Of a stretch of DNA of 20,000 nt, positions 11,699 to 20,000 are shown piece by piece. The first letter of the stretch is position 1; each line of letters opens with the position of its first letter. The notes below the pieces were generated by a model. That model did not search any database. It had not been told where the DNA came from and worked only from the letters and a program-made list of their open reading frames with translations. The translations under genes and the position numbers were made by a program. The DNA is from Catajapyx aquilonaris (lineage: Eukaryota), in NCBI GenBank assembly GCA_000934665.2, contig KZ538353.1:59488-79487 (forward strand), written 5' to 3'.

Positions 11699-13378
11699 AT
11701 GCAGAGCTCATGGACATTTTTTGGAGGGAGTGATGCGCCACTTTGCAGGTCGTCGCCTGTCGTTCCTCCTCCTAGCTCCGGAATCACAAACCTTTACTGT
11801 TATTTTCCGGCCCCCGGATTCTCGGAATCTGCATGTCTCTTTTTGTCAACTCTGAGCATAAAAACCTTGGATATTTCGATCTCCATTGGCGGAAGAAACG
11901 GGGGCTACGTGGTTCATAAGATAAGAACCGCGTTTTGCAATTAGGCCAGGAGGCGACATGTTGCTAGGGGGGGTGCCCAGAAAGATGCTTTTGGTGTGGA
12001 TCCGTAATTGTGCGGTAGAATATTCATAGCGGCGGCACAGTGGGGAGGGGGCGGGGAGGTTTGGACAGCCGGAGGGAAAACAACACGCAGTTTCATTTGC
12101 ACGTCATCACGTGTGAAATTGGCGCACAGCGCTGTGAAAAGAAATAAAAAAAAGTCGCGACATTTAAGGGCACAGCGGGTTTACCTTTGCCGGTTGCATG
12201 CAAACGCCGAATAAATAAAAGCTGGGGGAATGTCAACCATATGGCGCGGCATAAATTTATGCCCTTGTGCATAAACATGACGGATCGATTCCTTAAATGC
12301 AATTTATGCGGTGTGAAGCCTCCTCCCCCCCAGGGCGAAATCCCCCCACAACCCCAAATGTGCGAGGGGTGGACTTGAGTTGATCGCGAATTAACCGTGG
12401 CATTGATTCCGGTTTTGTTTCGCACCTTTTGAAGTGCCAATTTTGACGATTTGCGTTCATTGCTTGGTTATAAGAGGGACAGCATGTATTCATAATGCAT
12501 GCGATTGCTCCACCTGGACCGGAAAGTGCGTAAGTCTTTGCATAATGTATGGGTCGTTAAAAGGATGGTGTGTTAACAATAATGGGGCAAAGTTTTTATT
12601 TTGGGGGCGTTGTTAGTCATTTTTCGGGGAAGCGGAGGGAGAGTTTGTCTTGGCGAGTTTTTGGGGGGGGGACTGCGGGCCATTAGCTAGCGCAAAATTT
12701 TCGTAGTGCAAAAGTAGTTGGCGATGATGAGTGGGCTGGTTAAACCGCTTAGGCAGTATTCGGGTAAGTACCGGGAAGCAAGCAAGCCTCAAATGCCTGT
12801 AATTCCCCGAGGGGCCATTCCCTCAAACCTCGGCCGGAAAAAACATGGGGACTTAACAGCTGGGGAACACATTATCTGGCAGATGTATATTTTAGCACGG
12901 TCCCTTTGTGTTTGTTGATGTAATATATCAACGTGAATGTGGCCTTCCATGTAGCTTTAGAAAGCTCGCGGCCCATTTTGTACCGGCTAGTCGCGGTGGT
13001 CATCATTCTTTCTCTCTTTTTTGGCGCCGGTTGCATATTTAATGAAGGGATAACGAGATAACACCATGTGGGATTTGTCTGCAATCCTCTGTTAGTAAAC
13101 CCTGCCTTGCAAACAATGGGTGATAAATGGGAAAGGCCGGGAAAGTGGCCAAGCCCCGGGAGATTGGTTGCGAAATAGGCTGCGTTCGAAACTGACGTTT
13201 TCTTCTAAATCTCTCTCCCCTGGCTGGCTCTAGCTCGGTTGCATCGCCAATCATGTTTACACATAGGGTTTTTGTAGCGGATCCTGTTGTTCAACTCAGA
13301 TGGACAAGTGAAGGATATTGGGCTCGTAAAAATGTCAGGTGGATTATCTCTAAAGCGGAAAAAAAAATCCGATTGCAG

Positions 13379-13595
13379 CTCGGAGGCGGGGAAGTCCGGC
13401 TGCAGCGAGAGCCGTCCCGAGGAAGAGGCGGAGACGTGGATGGAGGAAGATGGATCTGAAAGGAAACCGGTGGTCACTTCCTTACCTGACGCGGGCAGCA
13501 GCGGTCAGGTGTTGGAGGCACTCAAGAAGCGCATCAGGGACTTGGAGGACGAACACAGGAACGTCCAAGAAAAATTCAGATGCCTTATATGCATG
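13379..13595 (+). CDS. RNF220: RNF220 coding exon E (acidic linker, coiled coil, start of RING: LEALKKRIRDLE...FRCLICM)
   Basis: Acceptor gattgcag (13377-13378) gives the phase 2 required by exon D in the RING frame; donor GTTAGT at 13596. The 3' half matches RNF220 EALKARVRELE...YKCLICM. The 5' boundary is less certain because the pyrimidine tract is weak. Confidence 0.88.
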
Positions 13596-13672
13596 GTTAG
13601 TGTTGACGCGTCCATGCATACGATTGATGACAGGTGGTGACAAGTTGGATATATATTTTTTGTTTGATGCAG

Positions 13673-13747
13673 GAAAAGTTCAAGACTCCTGTGGTTTCCA
13701 TATGTTGCTGGCATGTTCACTGCGAGGAGTGCTGGCTTCACACTCTG
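13673..13747 (+). CDS. RNF220: RNF220 coding exon F (RING core)
   Basis: Follows a 77-nt intron (GTTAGT...tgatgcag); donor GTAAGT at 13748. EKFKTPVVSICCWHVHCEECWLHTL matches RNF220 CWHVHCEECWLRTL. Confidence 0.97.
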
Positions 13748-14073
13748 GTAAGTACTTTTTAAGTAGCCTGGTAGTAGACGTAGTAAATTTAATAATTGAC
13801 AAATGAATATTGTAAAAACCCTGGTGGACTTGGTCTTTGTGTCAAAGCACAGTATGTTTCGAGTTGAAGCCGCCGGCATGCTCTAACGGCAGAATTTCTT
13901 TAAAAACTGAGCCATAGTAAGCACCAGTCCCTAAGATTTCATCAAGCCCGCTAAGAGACTAGAAGCATTGCTGTTTGTTGAGATGGCCTGAGCATGCAAA
14001 TCCAGAGTGTGGCACGCATGAATGCAAAAGATTATGGTGTGGAAATAAGGATGCGACTCTCTTTGTCACATAG

Positions 14074-14145
14074 GGGGCCAAAAAGCTGTGCCCGCAGTGC
14101 AACATGATCACGTCGCCCTCCGACCTCCGACGCATCTACTTGTGA
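14074..14145 (+). CDS. RNF220: RNF220 terminal coding exon G (end of RING, stop)
   Basis: Acceptor ctctctttgtcacatag (14072-14073). GAKKLCPQCNMITSPSDLRRIYL then TGA (14143-14145), nearly identical to the recalled vertebrate RNF220 C-terminus. Confidence 0.97.
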   Translation, partial: GAKKLCPQCNMITSPSDLRRIYL

Positions 14146-14830
14146 CCGATCTAAGGGGGCAAATGGGCAGTGTGATCTCCAAGACTGAAGTGAAAATGCA
14201 TTCCCCCCACACACACCTCCCTGAAGGAAGATGATAAACGGAGCCGTTTAGTTGCGTAACTCGAGTGTATCCGGCTGCAGGAACAAACGGGTTTAGTGGT
14301 GGCTGCTTTGTTGCAGTGTGTGACCTCACAGACATGGAGGGCCGCCCAGTGTATAGAATCCACCTCTCCCAGTAACATTCCCTCTCCAGTTTCCCCCTCT
14401 ATACCTCCCCAGGAACCCCTCTCCCCTCGATCCCCCCTAACCCACCTTCTCCCAACAAGTGAGAGTGATTGTTCAGGATTTAAATTTTTTTTCCCTCCAA
14501 TATGTGCTGGTAGCCCTAGTCATTGGGAACAGTTTGAAAACCTCCCGACCTCGTGGGGGTCATCCATGCGGACAAAACTAACTAATGTACTGTACTGTGT
14601 ATTATAACTCCATCCTCTTAGGTGTAAAACAGTTGGTTCTTATGTGGCATTCTGTGAAAAAAGGGGGGAAGGAGAATAAGTGGTGAGTGTCGAAGAGTTC
14701 CTCAGGAGGACACTGGTCTTGAGGTGACTGATTCAGTTCAAGGCTTCCCGATGTTGTGACATGTAAATTGTATTTATTTGGAGCGCCGTGTTAAGGCTGT
14801 AAAGTGTTGAACTTTTTTCCTTCTCTGAGA

Positions 14831-14836
14831 AATAAA
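14831..14836 (+). terminator. Probable polyadenylation signal of RNF220 (3' UTR about 0.7 kb)
   Basis: First AATAAA I found downstream of the stop at 14145, preceded by UGUA-containing U-rich sequence (14762-14780). Confidence 0.6.
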
Positions 14837-16332
14837 TCGGCCGACAGTGACGATCGGCATGTGAGCCCATATGTGCCGGTAAGTTTTCTCAACATAGTGC
14901 ATGATCAGTATAGCGTAACCTCCATGTGATAGTCCAATTCCAGAGTGTTTCGGAAATAAGGATTCTCCCCCTCGGGTGAAATCGATTGCGTTTCATTCCC
15001 TTGAAATATTTCTTGGAGGAACGTGTAACAGGATATCACAGTTGAGTTGTTGGGAGGTGATAATTAGGGAAGGGGACCTTGCAGACAAACAAAGGCGACA
15101 TTTTAACAGGTTAGTCGGTTGCCACAAGTCCCCTCCGACGAAATTGCGTGTATATATATGCACGATGGTGTGTTTTGTTAGAAGGTGCGGCGGGTTGGAT
15201 GGAAATAGGAGAAGGGAGAGGGTAAAAAGAGCAAATCTTTTCTGCATTTATGGCGTCCCAAATTCCTTTTGCCATCCGTCATCCTTATCTGTGACAACAA
15301 AGAGCTTTTGAAATTTTAAATCCCACATTAGTGCAAGTCCTAAAGGCACACTTGGTCGTGGAGAAGCGTGGCTTTATTAAATTTCTGGCCCGGCTGAGCA
15401 GAAGGGTGCTCGCCACTTCCACTTGAAGAGGCCCTAGGTTCTCCGACCCAGCTACAGATAACGAAGTGATGAGCTTTTGAAAGAGGTGCATCGGCATTAC
15501 CTTTTGTGTAATTAAACCTTTAATAAGGAGCGAGAGTGCAAATTACTCCAACTGTTCTTATCTCGGGAGTCGCCGACAATAAAGTAGAAATAATGAGTCT
15601 TGGATGTCTTTCTTTGCTTTTATCCGAGAGGGTTGGAGTGGCTGTTAGGCGAGGCAATAGGTGAGCCTTCCATTCCGCACGTTTTTGTTGATTAGAATGG
15701 GCCGTACGTTACCTGCGCTGTTTCCTCCCACTTATCGTCAACTCTTAAAACTTTTAATATCACTCTTCAGACTATGCTGGCGAGGAAAACTTCTTATCGG
15801 ACAACGCAATTTCCTTTCCATCGCCCCCTGTGTACCTATACCATGCTTTCGGAGGAGGAAAAATGGAATCGAAGTCTTTTGAGACACGTGGGGGGTGAGG
15901 ATGTATATGTGGGGAAATGTGACTTTTGTTGTGGCAGCCAGGCAGTGGGCATAAATCAGCTGGTCCTTTTTGACTATATTTGGGCAAAAACAACAGTTGA
16001 GATAGCGGCGTTGGGGGAAACCTGGCGGGGATTAACCAAGCATCAGCGCCTAATGCCTAGTCATTAATTTAATCACTAGGAAATACACGGCGTAAAGCCC
16101 GGGCGCGGCGCTTGAGGCCCGAAAATTGACCAAGCATTAAAGTGAGGCTTTACTTCTTCCCCGAGAGCGTGTAAATTCCCAAGATTTACATGAGCGTATA
16201 GAGGGACCGAAGCCATAAAGCACGAAGGGCTCGGGATACGTCGATCCTCATTGCGGAACCTAATTGGGGGATTTGAGAGGATGAGCTGTGTCTGGCCCGG
16301 GCCTATATATGCATATTTCGCCCCCCCCCCCC

Positions 16333-16395
16333 NNNNNNNNNNNNNNNNNNNNNNNNNNNNNNNNNNNNNNNNNNNNNNNNNNNNNNNNNNNNNNN
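16333..16395. other. Assembly gap (63 N) between a poly-C run and an (AG)n tract
   Basis: Run of N in the sequence; a further single N at 17751 follows another poly-C run. Confidence 1.
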
Positions 16396-17844
16396 AGAGA
16401 GAGAGAGGGGGTGACATTTTCCATAATTCGTGTACAAAGTTCTGCCGTTCTGCTTTTGACTTCTTCAGTAACATGCAAATTGTAACCTGGGTACTGTTTC
16501 AGACATTGTTTGACAGGTAATTGAACTGCCACATGCTACAGGTATGTCGACCAACTGGGACCAACCAGTATGAGTAAGAGGTAAGTTCTGGGAAGTATCT
16601 CCAAGACACATGACTCAGATCTTTTTACGAGCTTCTTCCTAACAGCTTCGGATTATTTTACGTGGGCTTGACAGGCAGGGAACAACGGGGCCAGAAACAA
16701 TTCAAACTTTCAAACAGCCTGATTTGCACCCATGGCCTGTGTATTTGTACTGCAGGATCGTGACAAACACCAAGCTCAAAACAGAGGGGGGCGACGACGT
16801 TAACGTATGCCAACCACCTGTGAATATGAGAGCTGGGTTGTAGATATTTACGCAGCCAGACAAACGAGCGTTTACCGCAATGCAAGTCATTTTGGCGCAC
16901 TCTTGGTGGGTTACATGTCGGCCACCGTATATACCAGTGAGATGTGCTGGCCAATTAGATCGCGGTTCTCTCGAGATTTACAGCGGGAGGCAAGCTTTTT
17001 GGGATAGAAGAGGAGCCGGGTGTAAAAGGCTTGGGGGCTCTTGCCGTAAGGTGCCCACCTACTGACGATCTTAATTGCTGTTGTAATTGCCGTCAAATTG
17101 ATTGCCTCTCCTTCCCTATGCGCGCGGGTTTCAGGTAGGCTGCCGGCACAAGTGGGAAACTTGTTTTATGAGGCAAACGCCTTCACTTTCAGAGAGTGAA
17201 GTGGTGGAAGGGGAGGGGGGGGGGTCCTGAGGATAGAGGGGGGAGATTTTATTACTTTATGGTGATAGTCGGAAACTTCCTCAGCCCAGGAGATGTAACC
17301 CGACGTGGTCTCCAGGAACATATTGAGTAGGGGAGGGAAAGGCTGCGTGGGACGAAACAACGCAGATCATATTTCTTGGCTCCATTATAAAAGTGTCCGG
17401 GAGTACCGGTTCTGACACTGTGCTTAGCAACTCGTACATGGGGGGGAAAAAATCGGATGCAATTAGACAGTACAGTCAAATGTCAAATTCCATGGCGCAT
17501 ATTACAATCGGTATCGTTTCACCCCCCTCGAATGGTGGGTGCGACCACAGGCTGCAATCCTGCGGTTTTATACACTCCGGGGACTGTTATGCAGGGGGAC
17601 CAAAATTCAAATCTGCCAATCCCCCTTTTTCAGAGGTACGATGCTGACAGAACATTGTGGCAGTAAAATTTTCACATATTAGTTGACATGCGTCACCCGA
17701 CTCTGCGGGGTTATCCTGTGTAACCTTCACCATTCCCTCCCCCCCCCCCCNATAAAGGCCCGCGGACAGAGCCCGTTCTTTGAAAGCTTCCGAAAGCAAT
17801 AACCCGTTTTATCTCGATTTTGATCCCTCTTGAGCCAGACACGG

Positions 17845-17850
17845 TTTATT
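17845..17850 (-). terminator. Candidate polyadenylation signal of TOE1
   Basis: TTTATT on plus (AATAAA on minus), the first I found downstream of the TOE1 stop, about 380 nt away. Confidence 0.45.
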
Positions 17851-18231
17851 GGCTGGGATGCGTCGGCATTTAGAAACTGATGTAGGAGGAGGGATGGGGT
17901 GGATAGGATTGGGGGGGGGGACCTCTCGCATTACCAGAGCCTTTGTACGGGTCAGGAGCCGAAGACTGTAAAACTGAGTGGGCCTCCCCCCCTCTATTAT
18001 ATCTTCTCTGCCCCTTCCTCCCCTCTATCCCTGCTGCTGTTATCTTTTTTTCCCTTCCGTGGACAGATGATGCTGGCCGTCCATCTCGGAGAAACCTAGT
18101 AAATAAAAAGCAGGGCTGAAATGTTCCAACTCGGGATTTGTTCGCTGATGGAAACATGGTTTTGTTGGACTGTAAAAACTGAGTGGGATTTTTGTTGCTT
18201 GCGAGTAAGCTAAGCATGTGACAAAGTTGTT

Positions 18232-18708
18232 TTAATGTCCGTTTTGGGATAAGGATGCCTTCTTGGCCACATGGTTTTTGGAGAGCTTGGTGATTGCGCT
18301 GGGCCGGATCAGAAGGGGCATGCTCTTTCCGTACAGGTAGATCCGGTTGACCACGTGATTTGTGGATAGTTCGGCTGGGGTGAATGTGGTGGGGCATGGC
18401 GGCAGCTTGGTGTGGTGGACCAGGTAGGAGCACAGAGTGAACGTGGTCATGAAGGCGTCGAATCCAGCTCGGTGGGAGAATTTGGGCTTGGGGATGGGGT
18501 TTGGTTGTGGGTCGCTGCTGGATTCCTCGGTGCCATTTTGCCCACTTTCAGATTGCTCTCCGCTAGAAGCAACACTAGAATTATCCGTGTTTGGCCTCTT
18601 GCGTTGTCTCCGCTTCTGGTGGTTCTCCTGCTTGCGCTCCTCAATCAAGACAAGGTCAATGTCATGTGATTTAGGGCACTTCTCCCCTGCGTGACAGTGG
18701 CCATGGTT
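18232..18708 (-). CDS. TOE1: TOE1 (target of EGR1, CAF1-family DEDDh 3' exonuclease/deadenylase), terminal coding exon
   Basis: Minus-strand acceptor ttgtcattgcag (plus 18709-18710 = ct), stop TAA at 18232-18234. 158 aa NHGHCHAGEKCPKSHDIDLV (C-terminal part of CCCH finger), basic KRRQRKRP NLS-like tract, HRAGFDAFMT (ExoIII motif) and NRIYLYGKSMPLLIRPS...SKNH..K, all matching the TOE1 C-terminus. Upstream exons were not found in the window. Confidence 0.93.
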   Translation of the reverse strand, partial: NHGHCHAGEKCPKSHDIDLVLIEERKQENHQKRRQRKRPNTDNSSVASSGEQSESGQNGTEESSSDPQPNPIPKPKFSHRAGFDAFMTTFTLCSYLVHHTKLPPCPTTFTPAELSTNHVVNRIYLYGKSMPLLIRPSAITKLSKNHVAKKASLSQNGH

Positions 18709-19506
18709 CTGCAATGACAAGTTTGACAGATAACAGTGTGCATGTGGGTTCAGGTAAAACAATAATATATTAATTTCAGTGCATAATATGCACCACAGAG
18801 ATGCACTTGCTTATTGAATCCACAAGAATTCCCCCTCCCCCTGCCTCTGCAAGAAATAGAAAAGGTTGATCACACAGGTCAACAAAGAAACTTTTGTTTG
18901 TTCCTGGGAATTTGTAATGTTTTTTGTGTGGTATTTTATGAATTACACAAAACCTAAAGGAAAATTTTTAAGTAACTCTCTTGCTATTCTATGAAATGAT
19001 TGTTGTGCTATTATGTTGTAAAATATTACTGCATAAGCCTACATATGCAATACATGTCATGATCCTGGCTTTCCTAATGGGTATCCAAGGGAGTTTTTAC
19101 CATGTTCCCTTGCCTATCTTTGGCTTTGAGACAGCAGGGAAATCAAAGTGCACTACCACAGGTAGGACGGAGTTCACTGAGGGGAGGAACAATGCCATGT
19201 GACAGCCGGTGGTGGATCCTAAGGTGTTGATTCTACCACGGCACTTCTAGTTGAGTCTAATGATGCAATTTGTCACAGCTTAAGATGATGAGTCCTTGAA
19301 GCTCATCTTGATGAATTCAAGAATAACATTGGTGCTTCTTCAGAAGAACAAGGTGCGTACTTCCACCAAGACATGGATGCAGTTTGAACACTGCTATGAA
19401 AGTCAATATGATGGGAGAATACATTTGGTGGCTGGTTTGGGAAAGTTACTTGGGAGTGTAATCGTAAATCTTGTAGGACCAGCTGCTTCTAAATATCTAA
19501 ATTATT

Positions 19507-19870
19507 TTAAGGGCGATAGCCCTTAAGTAAGACCGTAGCATAGATTTCAACAATGTTTCAACAATGAATTTTTCCTACTTGTTCTTCTTCTTCTTGTTAC
19601 GTTTTTTTTATTCGCCCTAACTCAAGTTCTGCTGCAGGTAGAGCTTCCAAATTTTGAACACAGATCCCCACCGTCGTGACTTGATTTCCTACCATTTACA
19701 CTTTTACTTAATTCCTCCTCAAAACGCCGCAAAAAAAATTTAAACCCACCAAAAAATACGTTTCGATTTTTTTGCTCAATACCTCTTCGGAATTTGGTTT
19801 CTTCGTCAAAAGGCCGAAGGTGCAGTGGGATGGTGCGGATCAATGTTCAAAATATCACTGTTCCCACTGC
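19507..19870 (+). mobile_element. Probable Helentron-associated non-autonomous element (HINE/DINE-1-like) in a TOE1 intron; 3' boundary uncertain
   Basis: T-rich flank, terminal hairpin TTAAGGGC-GATA-GCCCTTAA (19507-19526), short (TTC)n microsatellite (about 19582-19595), then AACTCAAG...TAGAGCTTCCAAATTTTGAACACA resembling the recalled DINE-1/HINE core block, and a stem-loop GCAGTGGGA...TCCCACTGC (19822-19870). Confidence 0.55.
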
Positions 19871-20000
19871 TACAGGATTGGAGCTGTTATTTTTTTTACC
19901 TCTTATTTCTTCTGTCATTAATTCATTTGTTCATTACGCCATCACCTAGAAACGACAATCTTGTTTACCCACTAGCCATATTGTTATTAGCCAAATGTTA

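Noticed and set aside
13278..13378. In-frame 5' extension of exon E from the AG at 13276-13277 or 13298-13299
   Set aside because: These acceptors are phase 0 and phase 1, while exon D ends in phase 2.
17870..18433. 187-aa minus ORF overlapping the TOE1 exon in another frame
   Set aside because: Alternative-frame shadow of the TOE1 exon running into GC-rich UTR; no recognisable domain.
18709..18870. Strong-looking minus-strand acceptor (AG at plus 18847-18848) followed by ...VHLCGAYY, a candidate first Cys of the TOE1 CCCH finger
   Set aside because: No GT donor after the motif, and that frame does not continue into NHGHC.
19303..19488. Minus-strand frame ...VTFPNQPPNVFSHHIDFH..., loosely like TOE1 EFCNYP...HIDYR
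   Set aside because: Lacks the required C-x-x-(F/Y)-x and a phase-0 donor before its stop. The true penultimate exon is probably beyond the window; tblastn would settle it.
19507..19526. TTAA-flanked palindrome as a piggyBac remnant
   Set aside because: piggyBac ends read TTAA-CCC...GGG-TTAA, the opposite polarity to TTAA-GGG...CCC-TTAA here.
1..20000. CRISPR array, tRNA/rRNA genes or prokaryotic operon
   Set aside because: No regularly spaced repeat-spacer array or cloverleaf was seen, and the window is intron-containing eukaryotic DNA.

Overview
Eukaryotic genomic DNA, probably from an arthropod or insect (inferred from protein similarity, intron style and repeat types), from a draft assembly with N gaps. 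It holds the 3' parts of two convergent genes. (1) On the + strand, seven coding exons of the RING E3 ligase RNF220 (6905-7158, 7599-7751, 10160-10283, 10399-10582, 13379-13595, 13673-13747, 14074-14145) splice in frame with GT-AG junctions into about 358 aa ending ...DLRRIYL*; the N-terminal exon(s) were not found in the window. (2) On the - strand, the last coding exon of TOE1 (CAF1-family deadenylase with CCCH finger; 18232-18708). Introns carry a pogo/Tigger-type MITE (5271-5816), a hAT/Buster-type MITE (9273-9490) and a probable Helentron-derived HINE/DINE-1-like element (from 19507). Much of the remaining non-coding DNA looks enhancer-like, with homeodomain motif clusters. I found no convincing evidence of a wholly new multi-gene system. 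The most notable observations are the RNF220-TOE1 linkage (both map to human 1p34.1), a competing 3' splice site plus A9 run ahead of the RNF220 RING exon, and a 19-20 bp direct repeat in the TOE1 3' UTR. Gene identities come from recalled protein motifs, not from a database search.
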